64,000 nucleotides of DNA, from positions 210,242,001-210,306,000 of the forward strand of contig NC_042997.1 of NCBI RefSeq assembly GCF_006345805.1, in the 5' to 3' direction. Source of the stretch: Octopus sinensis (Eukaryota). The translations under genes were made by a program, and so were the position numbers. The notes beneath the pieces were generated by a model. That model saw only the letters and a program-made list of their open reading frames with translations. It searched no databases and had not been told where the DNA came from. Positions 34,813 to 47,530 of the stretch are shown here, piece after piece; within the stretch, counting starts at the first letter, position 1; the number at the start of each line of letters is the position of its first letter.

Positions 34813-35269
34813 GTAAGTAATTTTTTAGAATTCTGAGATATTTTTATTAATTCCTGTTTTTAAATATCCAAATTGGATTATATTGCAACTTGCATTTGAC
34901 TGTTACTAGGAGTGAGAGGTCATGTCAGGAGAGCCTTAGAACATGTTATCATGATGTCTTTGATATGACATTCATTTTATTTATGTTGCTAAGGGATGCT
35001 CTTCAAGAAAGTCAGAAATGTCACAACTTTAGATTCCTACAAAAGTTTTGAGCTTACCGTTTTTTCTCATCGTATTCCTGTCGGAATATTTATTGCCTTT
35101 GTTTCAATGAAATGTGAAAATAATGAAGAATAAAATGAATTTCTCATTACTAAACTGACGTTTGGGACATAAATAACTGAATTTAAATATGGTCAATATA
35201 ATGAAAAATTAAAGGAGATTTTAACCTTTTGAAAATGAGAATTCTTGTAAAAACTTGTGTTTCAACATA

Positions 35270-35799
35270 TGAGGGTGAGTCAAAAAGTAATGCCATTTTG
35301 TTTAGGACAGGTATAATTACCAACACAGGAACATGTATCATACATCAAAATGAAGCTGGTCCTCTGTGGATCACATCCCTACTTCTCAACATAGTCACTG
35401 TTTCTCTCAATAGCAATGTTCCACCTTTGAATGAGAGCATGGATCCCTGCCCCGTAAAATTTTGTTGACTGTTCTTTGAGCCACTTCTTCACTACAATTT
35501 TATCATCTGTTCGGCCCCATGAAAGAGGGTTTGAGAGGCAAACATTATTCCAGTGACGAGGAAGTGAAAACTGTAGTGAAGAAGTGGCTCAAAGAAAAGT
35601 CAGAAGGAATTTTACGGGGCAGGGATCCATGCTCTCATTCGAAGGTGGAACATTGCTATTGAGAGAAACGGTGACTATGTTGAGAAGTAGGGATGTGATC
35701 CACAGAAGACCAGCTTCATTTTGATGTATGATACATGTTCCTGTGTTGGTAATTATACCTGTCCTAAACAAAATGGCATTACATTTTGACTCACCCTCG
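35270..35799. mobile_element. mariner-derived fold-back element made of two inverted copies of the transposon 3' end
   Basis: Arms 35270-35496 and 35572-35799, TIR (C/T)GAGGGTGAGTCAAAA. The spacer and right arm encode LFGPMKEGLRGKHYSSDEEVKTVVKKWLKE. Confidence 0.9.
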
Positions 35800-38160
35800 T
35801 GTTTGCCAGTCAGATGCTTCTGATAAATGTAGAGACAAGAATGAGGACACAGGAATCTATGAAGTTCATTCAAAAACATTGCAAGGTTTTTTGACCTCCA
35901 CTTTCACTTTGACGAGGAGATGATACCTGTGCCAGCGGCACGTAAAAAGCACCATCCAAACGTGGCCGATGCCAGCGCCGCCTTGACTGGCTTCTGTGCC
36001 GGTGGCACGTGACCTACTGTGCTTGAGGAGTCTTATTGAGTCAAGTACATCAACATCAAAATAAATATCAAATGGAAATTGTAGTTGTTGATACCTGTGC
36101 CGGTGGCACGTAAAAAGCACCATTGCCAGCCTCCCCTGGCACGTAAAAAGCACCCACTACACTCACAGAGTGGTTGGTGTTAGGAAGGGCATCCAGCTGT
36201 AGAAACACTGCCAGATCAGACTGGAGCCTAGTGCAGCCATCTGGTTCACCAGCCCTCAATCAAAATCGTCCAACCCATGCCAGCATGGAAAACGGACGTT
36301 AAATGATGATGATGACCATACAAACAGGAGTGATGTCCTTCTAATTCTATAATGGAACAATTCCAAGTAAAATTAAGTTTTTTTTTAATGTTTTTAGAGT
36401 GAGTGCTGCAACATGTTATTGAAGCATATTACTATTTCCCATCTTATATCATCATCCAGTGTTTTAAATTCAGGTTGTGTCCCTGTTAACAGTGGTAGCC
36501 AGATCTACCTCAATGCCATAGCAACTGAGGCAGGCAGGCACAACCCACCCCAACCTTTCGGCTGGCTGGTGCCCATTCTCCCTTGCTATTATGAGGCTTT
36601 TTTGGAGCTGGATTTTCTACAGAGAGCATACCCTTGCTTACTCTCAACCTCAGTTTCTAGACATGAGTGGTCCCGGGACCAAGGCCTCTACCACGATTTT
36701 TAAGAAATGTGGTGGAAAACTAGCTCAGGGTGGCAGGGACGCTACTCCCTGGGAGCCCCTGCCTATAATAAGAGAATTCCCTGTCTGTCCATTGTACCTT
36801 GATCAAGATGTTTAGCCCTGTTTGTTGTGTTAGTCATTGAGACAGGAAAACCATTGGGTTGCACAGCCAAATATACCTTCAGGCATTTCGCTAATGGGTG
36901 GTTAAATGCCTCAGACATGGTGCAAGAAATGCGATAAGAAACAATTAGTGTTTCCAAATGGTATTCTACAACTCTCTTGTTCATCATCATCATCGTTTAA
37001 CATCCGTTTTCCATGCTGGCATGGATTGGACGGTTCGACTGGGGTCTGTGAAGCCAGATGGCTGCACCAGGCTCCAATCTGATCTGGCAGAGTTTCTACA
37101 GCTGGGTGCCCTTCCTAATGCCAACCACTCCAAGAGTGTAGTGGGTGCTTTTTACGTGCCACCAGCACAGAGGCCACATTTAGATGGTGCTTTTACGTGC
37201 CACCAGCACGGGAGCCAGTCAAGGTGACGCTGACATCAGCCACATTCGGATGGTGCTTTTTATGTGCCACCAGTACAGGAGGCTGGCATCGACCACATTC
37301 AGATGGTGCCTTTTATGTGCCACCAGCTCAGGGAGCCAGACATGTGGTGCTGGCATCAGCCACAACTACAATTCCCATTTGATTGTGGTTTGATTTGATT
37401 TTGATGTTGATGTACTTGACTCAATAGGTCTCCTCGGAGAAAATAGTAAATGTTTGTGTTAACGATCAATTGTGGTAAGCCTCCTGGCAAATTACATAAC
37501 TACATGTCATCATCATCATCATTTAGCGTCCGTTTTCCATGCTAGCATGGGTTGGACGGTTGAACTGGGGTCTGTGAAGCTGGAAGGCTTCATCAGGCCC
37601 AGTCAGATCTGGCAGTGTTTCTACGGCTGGATGCCCTTCCTAACGCCAACCACTCCGTGAGTGTAGTGAGTGCTTTTTACGTGCCAGACAGAGCTGGCAA
37701 ACGGCTACGAACGGATGGTGCTTTTACGTGTCACCGTAAAAGCACCATTTTACGTGATTTTTGTTAATCCATTTTGTGCGTGTTGTGCCGGTACCTTTAG
37801 AAAAGGCATGTCTTGGCGTTCAGTTTCTACCAGAATATTAAACATTTGACTAGAAGATGGTAATATAATAGACTTGCGGCTGCAGTAAGAAATCGTCTCT
37901 GGAGAAGCGTCTGTCATTTGTTGTAGGCCAACTGACATGTGGTGCCATATAAAACACAGAAACTTGTGTTGGAAGAGAAGAGTTCATTTCTAGATCAGAG
38001 AGAAACCATCAGAAAGTTTCACCTTGTTTCGTTTTGTTAAATCACTGAATTCCGAGCAGAAATAAAACCACACCAAACACTTTATTTGAATTAAGTGACA
38101 TGTAAAAATAAACACAATGAACTGTTATTAATTGTTATATTTCTGTAATTATATATTTAG

Positions 38161-38249
38161 CGCTTCAATGTGGCCCTCACAAGAGCTAAAGCACTAGAGA
38201 TCGTTGTCGGCAATGCTGAAGTCCTGAAACAGGTGCCATGCTGGGGAAG
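38161..38249 (+). CDS. MOV10: MOV10-like helicase exon with motif VI
   Basis: atatttag| ... |gtaata, phase 0 to 2. RFNVALTRAKALEIVVGNAEVLKQVPCWG. Confidence 0.95.
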
Positions 38250-39349
38250 GTAATAATAAAATTCATCATCATCACCACCATCACCATCATCATCATCATC
38301 ACCACCATCATCTGCATCATCATCATCTGCATCATCATCATCACCATCATCATTATCATCTGCTGCTTTGCCTGCTGGGATTGGTTGGGTTATCAAGATC
38401 CAAGTCCTCCACTGTTGAGAACCATTATTCAAAGACTGCAGTTCTTCATGTCATTTCACTGAAGAGCTGAAGACACGTGGCATAACGGTTAGCATATGCA
38501 GCTCACAGTCTTAAGTTCAATTCCTGACAGCACATTGCGTCCTTGAGCAAGACACTCTTTTATTTCATGGTGCACCAGTCCACTCAGCTGGCAACAGTGA
38601 GTTGTACCTTGTCCTGCTGAATCTCCCTCAGAACTACATTATGGTTATGTGTGTCTGTGGAGTACTCAGCCACATGCAGGCCATTCCATTGATAGGCTCA
38701 GCTGGAACCCTTGTCGTTGTAAGTGATGGAGTATCCGTGAGATACCCTTCCTAATGCCAGCCACCCACCCTACAGGGTGGTTTGGGTGCATTTTCTTTAG
38801 GGCATCAACATAAGGAAGGGTTTAACAGTCCTCAGTGAGACAGGTTTATACAGATCTCACAGCTTTCTCTGCCCGTTTGCCAAACTTTTGTATGTGCAAG
38901 GTGACACCCACACTGGTGTGTCACATTCACTGATCACTCTACAAATTTCACTCAAATCATTTATGTACTTAAGGGAGACATTAACTAACCCTACAACAGT
39001 TAGTCACTGGGTACACCAGGGGACAAGGAGAGCACTCTCACTAATGTGTGAAGAATTCTGTAAAGCTAGTCTTTTATATGATCTACCAATTTTTCTGGCT
39101 TCTCAGTCCAAGAAACAGTAAAAGTAATTACCCAATCAACAATGGGTATTACTGCTAGTGTATGTATATGTATATATACACCTACACACACACATATGGG
39201 ATTTTTTCAGTTTCTGTCTACCAAGTCCACTTACAAGGTTTTGGTTGGCCTGAGATTATAATAAAAGACATCTGCCCAAGATGCCACACAGTGGGACTGA
39301 ACCTGGAACCATGCGGTTGGGAAGCATGCTTCTTACCACACTGAGTACA

Positions 39350-40490
39350 GGTAGGTGTTCATCAAGGCTCGGTCCCCTCTTTTTCATCATTGTTCTCCAG
39401 GCCATAACAGTAATTCAAGGCTGGAAGCCCCTGGGAACTACTCAATACTTTGATGTAACAAACTCCATATCAGAGCCAGAAGAGAAATTCCCAGTGTGGA
39501 ACCTAAGGGCCTTAGGGTTAACTTAGTGAGCAAAAAACCGACAGGACCCTACACTCTTCGGGTAGGCAGCCCTTCTCAGTTTGTAGAAAAGGTGTAGGCA
39601 GGAACTCCATACAGTGTACCCAGTGGAGTCTATGGTGCAGTGGATTAATAGGAAAATTATCAGAGAAGTTTGTGTGTGTGTATGTGGAAGATGCACAGCA
39701 TCCATAAAAACCTTTAGAGACTCAGGAAATTGATTCTCTCAAATGCCCTGGGGAAAGGATGCATGGAAAGTGTGATAACTAGAATAAGATAGAGGAAATT
39801 CAGAGAAGGCATTACCCTTATTGGCCCCAAAAGGTTTCTGTTTCTGAGTGGAAGAAAGATTGTATGATGTATGTATATGGACAGCAATTCTACATGGTAG
39901 TGAGATGAGGGCCCTGAATGCAGAGGGCATGTGAAGGTTAGAGAGGACTGAGGCTAGTAGGCACCTCTGGTTGTGCAATGTAAATGCTAGTGTTCTGAGA
40001 GAGAAGTTAGACACAAGAGGAATTGCAAGAGAGAAGACTGCACTGGTTTGGCCATGTGGTGCAGATGGATGCTGACAGCAAAGTAGCTGGAACATGTGGA
40101 AGAGGAGGACCCAGCAAGACGTGGGATGAAGTGCTGAAGGACGATCTCAGAACGGTCAACCTTTCAGATGATGATTACAAAGGACCGAGGTACCTGGTAC
40201 TCTGCTACTGTACTCAAGAAGAGCCGTACTCGAAAGCAGAAGAGTCATGGCTGCATCCCCTGGGGAAGCAGATTGGTCTGCCTGCGAGGGTCCTCTGCTG
40301 GTACCGCATAAAAAGCACTCTTGCCAGTGTCACGTACAAGCTCCCAGCACACTCTGTAAGGTGGTTGGCAATAGGAAGGGGACCCAGCTGTAAGAAACCA
40401 TGCCGAATCAGACTGGAGCCTGGTGCAGCTCTGGTCAAACCAACCAACTGTGCCAGCATTGAAAACAAGCATAAATGATGATGATGATGA
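39350..40490 (+). mobile_element. decayed RTE LINE 3' half running into the tail family and (GAT)n
   Basis: HQGS...LFFIIVLQAIT, MQERRLHWFGHV..., KTWDEVLKDDL, TKDRGTW...VLKK, then GTGGTTGGCAATAGGAAGGG...AATGATGATG. Confidence 0.75.
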
Positions 40491-40551
40491 TGTATAGGTT
40501 ACATAGCAGAGAGAGAGAGAGAGCAGTGTGATAGTTTTTTGAATCATTATA

Positions 40552-40773
40552 TATTTCTTTACTACCCACAAGGGGTTAAACACAGAGGGGACAAACAAGG
40601 ACAGACAAACAGATTAAGTCGATTCCAGAGCGTAACTGGTACTTAATTTATCGACCCCGAAAGGATGAAAGGCAAAGTTGACCTCGGCAGAATTTGAACT
40701 CAGAACGTAGCGGCAGACGAAATACGGCTACGCATTTCGCCCGGCGCGCTAACGATTCTGCCAGCTCGCCACC
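40552..40773 (-). mobile_element. SINE family B, full length, with a 16-bp target-site duplication
   Basis: TTTTTGAATCATTATA at 40536-40551 and 40798-40813. Confidence 0.85.
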
Positions 40774-41053
40774 TTCAAAAAAAGGGAAAGAAAAAGCTTT
40801 TTGAATCATTATAGTCTGGGTAGAACTTCATTAGCCGAGGAATGGTGTGTAGAAAAATTCCAAGTTGAAATTTTAGTCTGGGACCCAAAAACTCTACAGT
40901 TTGAGATGTAGGAAGGTATGCATACTGTATAGGAGGCAGGTACAGTAATTTCGAATGATGTGTGTGAATTGGGTCTCGTTGATTTTCTTGTTAACTACCA
41001 TCTCAGTTGATAACTCTTATCAATGTTTCCTTTTTTTCTTTTTTTCCCTGTAG

Positions 41054-41147
41054 CTTCATTTCCTATTGCCAGGAAAACAACAGTTTCATTGAAGACAAAC
41101 TCCGAGAGGAAAAGAGGAAAAGCAAAACTAAAAAAGCTAAAAAATAA
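41054..41147 (+). CDS. MOV10: MOV10-like helicase terminal coding exon
   Basis: ttttccctgtag|, phase 2. SFISYCQENNSFIEDKLREEKRKSKTKKAKK*, compare MOV10 WKVFLEFCKENGGY. The 11 exons total 1647 nt = 549 codons with no internal stop. Confidence 0.85.
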
Positions 41148-41499
41148 GAATTCATTTCTTGTTTTTTTTTTCTATTTGGCAACTGTAAAACAGCAGACCT
41201 GAAAGCCGAGAGTTCTTCTTGGCTGACATTTGATAGGAAACTCACTAAACACAATATTCTGCTCTTAAAAACAATTTTCTTCAAACAATTCTCTGATTCC
41301 TTCTCAAAGATGTAAAGAGGCCAACTTTTATTGAATTTTATTTAAACTTGAGGCACGTGAATGTGAAATGAAATATAATTGTATATAACTGGACAGGAGA
41401 AGAGCTTTTGTGATGAAAATATTCTTGGGAGGAATTTTTTTTTTCTTATTAACATGAAAAAACCATTGACTCATTGCTGACATCTCACCTTCTTCAGGT

Positions 41500-41920
41500 G
41501 CCATGTCCAGAATGAAGGACATGAGTCAGTCATGTCCTGCCACACTGTTCTTTGTTTTCTGTGACAGTTCTACGTCCTGACATTTAGTGCCTCTTCCTTC
41601 CAACCATTTCTTCAAGCTTGACATCATGTCATCCGTCTCCTTCATCTGCTTTTTTTTTTCCTCTTCAATCTTTCTGGTCATCACTAAATTCTCCAAGTCC
41701 TCTTTCCTCATCAAATGATCTTAATTGCTTGGCCATTATCTTTTGAAGGAGTTTCCTATTTACTGCAGCCTGGATCATCTCTACTTCATCAGAAACTTTG
41801 TCCATGCTATCCTCAATTTTCTCCAAGCACCTTCTCATTCCTCATGTTACAGACCATGCCTCTCACTTCCACACAGGCTAGACATAGCAGTCCAATATCC
41901 AGGTCTTCATCTTGACGCAC
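41500..41920 (-). mobile_element. decayed RTE LINE C-terminal fragment
   Basis: HLMRKEDLENLVMTRKIEE resembles RTE HVMRKEGLENLVTTGKIEG. Confidence 0.65.
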
Positions 41921-42165
41921 AATGCAGAAAAACCGGTGACCAATGATATTACACATAACATTGTATGTAAAGAGAAATTCCTCCCAAGAATATTTCAGCA
42001 GCAAAATGGATCTCTACCCACCCAGGTAGAGGCAAATATATCAAATATGATTATACACATTAAATATTTTCAAGATGTTGGTAAAATTTTTAAAAGAGGT
42101 TCAAACCACTCTCCCTTCAAATGACCCAAAAAGTGGGGAAAAACAAAAACAAACTTGCCTCTTAA

Positions 42166-42584
42166 CCCTTTTGTTACCATACTTCTGTTGAGGTGTTCTG
42201 TTTCTTTTGATTTTTAAATATGATAAAGAATTTAGTAAAATAACTTTGTTATCATTCAGCTAGTTTTAGGAACATAAATTGTGACCAAGGTTTGGTGGAA
42301 GATTTAAATTCAGAATTTTTAAAAACAAGACATTTGTACTACAGAATCAGAGACAATTTCAGCCAGGTTGGTATCAAAAGGGTTGAGTCAATTATTTAAC
42401 CCTTTTGTTACTAAATTTCTGTCAAGATGCTCTGTGTTTCTTTCAATTACTTTAAATATAATAAAGAATTTAGTAAAATAACTTCGTCATCATTAGGAAC
42501 ATAAATTGTAACCAAGGTTTGGTGGAAGATTTTCATTTTAAAAACAAGACATTTGTACTACAGAGTAGATTGGTATCAAAAGGG
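42166..42584 (-). mobile_element. two adjacent piggyBac-type MITEs (42166-42382 and 42400-42584)
   Basis: TTAA|CCCTTTTGTTAC ... GTATCAAAAGGG|TT(G/A)A for both copies. Confidence 0.75.
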
Positions 42585-43989
42585 TTAACAATCCTTCAGA
42601 CGTTGGGCCTGAAATTTTGGGAAGTGGCTTGATGATTGCATAGACCCTTGTTATTGTTCAAATTTTAACGAGATATTGACTAAATTTTTGACTTTTTCTT
42701 TCCCTTTTTTTATATCTTGTGACCGGTGATTGATTCATTCCTGGAGAAAGAAAGACAGGAATTTGCTGTGGAACTTTGAGTGCTATTCACTGTATTTATC
42801 CTGGTTGTAAATGAAATTTGTGTGAGATTGTCTTCAGTAAAACTCTTTTGCATTCAGATTATTCTGTTAAATGGCTCTGGAAATTCCACCAGAAACATTT
42901 TTGCTGTGGGAAGATTTGTCATAGGCACACAGGCAGACTATAAACTAGATGATTCATTTTAAAGAAATTATCTTTAATTGGAAGGTCACCTGATGAAGTT
43001 GTCATTTTAAGAGAACACTTTTTTTTCATTTTTGCAATTTTTATTTTTTTCCTGCAAAATTTCCCCTCAGCTGTAATAATTCTTTATTCACATCATTCCA
43101 AATCAATCATGCATTAATTCATAGCTTTGAGATTTCGATGATGTGATTTTTTGTTTTAAATGTTTAGACTGACATTGTAGGATGGGTGTGAGAGGCCGGA
43201 CCCAGTCAGTTTGACTGTAAAACGGAATAGTTAGGCCTGATGTGCTAATGGGTTAACACTGTCCATCTTCCCTGCTGACAGGAGTTTTTAAACCTGCAAA
43301 ACATGCAAAAGAAGACACCTGGGGAGGGGGGTTATGTCAATTGTTGAAAGAACAACAGAAGAACTGCTGTAGAAGAGAGACATAAGGGTGGGTGGGTGGT
43401 TGGCAGTAGCTGAAAAGAGGTAAAGATGGGGGTTGAGGTGAATGGAATGAGGGTGGGGAATATGTGGGTGGAAGAGGAGTGGCTCAGGGAATAAAAAAAA
43501 AAAATGATAGTGTGTGCGGGTATACTTGTATAAAGGGTGGACTGGTTGGAATAGGTCATGTCTTTACCTCTGCAAATTTTGTGTGACCCATGGGGGAGAA
43601 TGGAAAAGTGTAATGGTGTGTGTGTGTGTGTCCAAGTTGGGAAATGTGTCTTAATATTTTTTTGCAATAAACTATAAAACTACAAAACGTTCAACGGTCT
43701 TTTTTTTTCCCCCACTTTCCTTTTCTTTCACGTGGTTACACAATTGTTCATGTTACACATATTAAACACACACGATACTTTTACGAGAAAAGAGGCCTCA
43801 ATAACCTCAAAGTTGCAGCCTGCTGACCTTTGTCGGATGAAGACCGGCACATTGGAACTTTAGAATCTTGTGGTAGTTTCTCACATTTACGTACTCTGCT
43901 AACAAAGTACTGTTTAATGCTAAACTGTTTTAATAACTCCATATAAAAACAAACAAATGTATATATATATATATATATTATATATATAT

Positions 43990-44285
43990 ATCACTGATCA
44001 CCGTGACCGACCGGGCTATCAGATGTTGCTACACATCGCTGGTCACAATGCGCTTTGCATTGTTATCGCCTTCAAATGACGCCACCCCGCTGGCTAAGCG
44101 AGCAGGCCAACAGAAGAAAGAGTGAGAGAAAGCTGCGGCGAAAGAGTACAGCAGGGATCGCCACCATCCCCTGCCAGAGCCTCGTGGAGCTTTAGGCGTT
44201 TTCATTCAATAGACACTCACAACGCCCAGTCTGGGAGTCGAAACCGCAAGTCCGCTGCCCTAACCACTGGGCCATTGCGCCTCCA
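43990..44285 (-). mobile_element. SINE family D, full length
   Basis: Minus-strand head GGAGGCGCAATGGCCCAGTGGTTAGGGCAGCGGACT with B-box-like GGTTTCGACTCCC. Confidence 0.8.
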
Positions 44286-46984
44286 TATATATATATATGT
44301 GTGTGTATGTATTCAATATGCAAAAAAGGGTGGAATATAATTAATTTAATAAAATTAATAAATTTCACCTAGTAGATTTATCGGTATGGAAAAGACCATA
44401 TTTGGTAAGGTTTATAATAATTATAATTAAGGGTTAATTGCAACAAGTTGCTCAAAACCACGTACCGAAAATATTAGAAATAGCAGCCAAATCGATCACT
44501 ATTTCTCCTACTAATAAAGTCTCCACAAACAAACAGAATTTGTAACCTGTATATGGCAAAAAGGGAAGAAAATAACGAAATCCCTAACCTATTAAAACAA
44601 TAAAAGCAGTGAAAAGTCAACACAGGATACTTGATTGGGGGTGGAGTTGGGAGGTGACGGAAATAGCAGTTTCACCTGTCTTAAAAAAAGTGGGAGAGAA
44701 CTCACCAATTGTAGGACGGTTGAATTGCAATTTATAAGAGGTATCAGGTGAGAATAACTGAAAAGGTTTCTTCATCTATTTAATAGAAAACAGGTAATGT
44801 ATGAACCCCAATTTATGGAGTTGAAACCTGAAAGGGGCTGATACAAGGATCTCTGGGATAGAAGTTTTGTATGACGAGGGTTAGTATAAGTGGCTGAGTA
44901 CTCCACAGACACGTGTACCCTTAACATAGTTCTCATGTGACAAGGCTGGACTCTTTGAAATACAGGTACAACAGGAAGAAAGAGTAGAGCAGGGTTTGCC
45001 ACCACCCCTTCCATCCTCGTGGATCGTTCAGGTATTGTCACTCAATAAATACTCACAGCGCCCAGTCTGGGAATTGAAACCGCAAGTCCACTACCCTAAC
45101 CACTGGGCCAATGCAGCTCCACGTATGACTAAGTAATAAAGGGAAGATGGAAGACGTCTTTGGTTGCCCAGCTTTTTTTTGGCACGCTGTGCAGGTGGCA
45201 CGTGAAAAGCACCCACTACATTCGCGGAGTGGTTGGCGTTAGGAAGGGCATCCAGCTGTAGAAACACTGCCAGATCAGACTGGAGCCTAGTGCAGCCTTC
45301 TGGCTTCCCAGACCCCGGTCGAACCATCCAACCCATGCTAGCTCGGGAAACGGACGTTAAACGATGATGATGATGATAATGATTGTCAGTAGCACTTCTG
45401 ACTTTCCATTCATGACCTCTCAGATGACGACTATTCAGTCCCATTGCAGATCTGCCTTGTTCAAAGCAAAGTCGTTAGGTCTACCTACGTCATAACACTT
45501 TCAGTAGATGGAATGAGAAAAGATGTCACCATAAAGAGACATCTGTGCCTCATTGGATTACAAGGAAAGACTCTTGTACAACACGAGGGCCACTCTCTAA
45601 GTCTTTGTGATTAGTACCGAGTGATGGACCAGAACAAAATGGCCTGTGTGAAAGCACAGGTTTACATCAGTGTCCCTCTGCCAGTATGATGCCATGACAA
45701 GTTAGGAGTCCCTCACCCCTGGTTGTTTTACTGCAGACTGACACATTCCAGGTTCAAATCCTGCCCAGGCCAACTTGGCCTTTCATTTCTTAAGGGGCAG
45801 AGTAGATGTGTGCGTGTGTGAGAGAGGCTGTTTAATTTGATACCAGTAATATACTGGATTCACGTTTTCTCCCAAATCATTATCTAGGCATTGATAAACT
45901 AGGTATCTGTTAATCTCACTATGCCAGTGCAGCCTTGACTGATGTCCGTACTGGTAGCACGTACAAAGCACCAACCGATCGTGGCCACTGCCACCCTCCT
46001 TTGGCCCCTGTGCTGGTGGCACGTAAAAAGCACCCACTACACTCTCTGAGTGGTTGGCATTAGGAAGGGCATCCAGCTGTAGAAACACTGCCTGATCAGA
46101 CTGGTGCCTGGTGCAGCCTCCTGGCTTCCCAGACCCCGGTCGAACCGTCTAACCCATGCTAGCATGAAAAACGGACGTTAAACAACGAAGATGATGATGA
46201 CACCACCCAAGGGTAATTTTTTACATCCCTGTGCTCAGTGATCACGTGCCGGGACCCTGACCAGTGCTACGGCTCTGGGACAGTGTAGACCTAGAACAAT
46301 AGTGGCCAAGAGGTGGGTCCACATTCTTGAAAATCCTGAGATTTTTGAACCAAAGCCCCATTACCAGATGCCGTCGGAAGTCATAGATGGACATACATAC
46401 AAAAAATATGAGTGGATGTGTTTGGGGAGGTTGTTATGGAAACAAGATATTTATAAAATAGCCTACTTAGAGTCAAAAATTCAGAAAGTTTGTAGAACGA
46501 ATAACTTGTTTGGAAGATGCTTTGTGGAACCTAAATGGTGTTTGGTTAATCCAGGTGAAATGAGAATATTTACTGCTATAAAACGGAATATAGATTTCAT
46601 CTGGGAACCAAATGAAATCCTATTCATGTCTTCAAGGATTCCATGGTTTTCAAACTTTAGGTGCAGAGATCGATTTGAAATTATTGTACAAGCACCAACC
46701 GATCGTGGCCGATGCCAGACCCCTCTGGCACCTGTGCAGGTGGCACGCAAAAAGCACCCACTACACTCGCGGAGTGGTTGGCGTTAGGAACGGCATCCAG
46801 CTGTAGAAACACTGCCAGATCAGACTGGAGCCTGGAGCAGCCCCTGGCTCCCCAGACCCCGGTCGAGCCGTCCAACCCGTGCTAGCGCGGAAAACGGACA
46901 TTAAACGATGATGATGATGATGATGGCAGCAGTGGCTAACTCTAAAAAAATCAGATATGGTTGATGTGCCAAGTTGATATAAAT

Positions 46985-47530
46985 TTATAAAATAATAATA
47001 ATAAAATTTTTGTATACAGTGCTCAGGTGCACCACAACTTGTCAGAAAGTGCATATAAAGTACATGCAGTAATGTAGAAATGTCTGGAAAGCGAACAATG
47101 TATGATTCAGATACATGCTTGCATGCGTATGGAGGGGAGAAAATCAGGTGTAGTGTTGGCGAATCTCAGAAAGCATGGAAGTCCTGAAGGATGCAGTGCT
47201 CCGACAACTAACAACTGATGCCGGCAGTTTGTTCCATGCTTCAACAACTCTTAGTGTGAAAAAATGTTTCCTGAAGTCATGGGAGCTGTGCTGTTTTCTG
47301 ACTTTGTAAATATGTCCACGGGTGTTAGACGGGTGGAGTTTGAAAAGGTGCTCAGAGTTATTGTTTGTACGATGGTTGATAATTTTATGGGTGTCTGCCA
47401 AGTCAGCTGCCAGACGTTGGAGTTTCAATGTGTCCATGCCCAGGGAAGTAAGGCGTTCAGGATATGGATCCAGAGAACTTGGGTGAAGATGAAAGCAAAT
47501 GTTGAGACTTTCACCTGCAATCAGCATTAT
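46985..47530 (-). mobile_element. CR1-clade LINE 3' end with (ATT)n tail
   Basis: LAADLADTHKII...TRGHIYKVRK...FFTLRVVEAWNKLPASVV...FRTSM. A second copy lies at 62095-62460. Confidence 0.85.

Noticed and set aside
41063-41284. Antisense ORF over the helicase last exon
   Set aside because: No homology or splice support; expected by chance opposite an A-rich coding strand.
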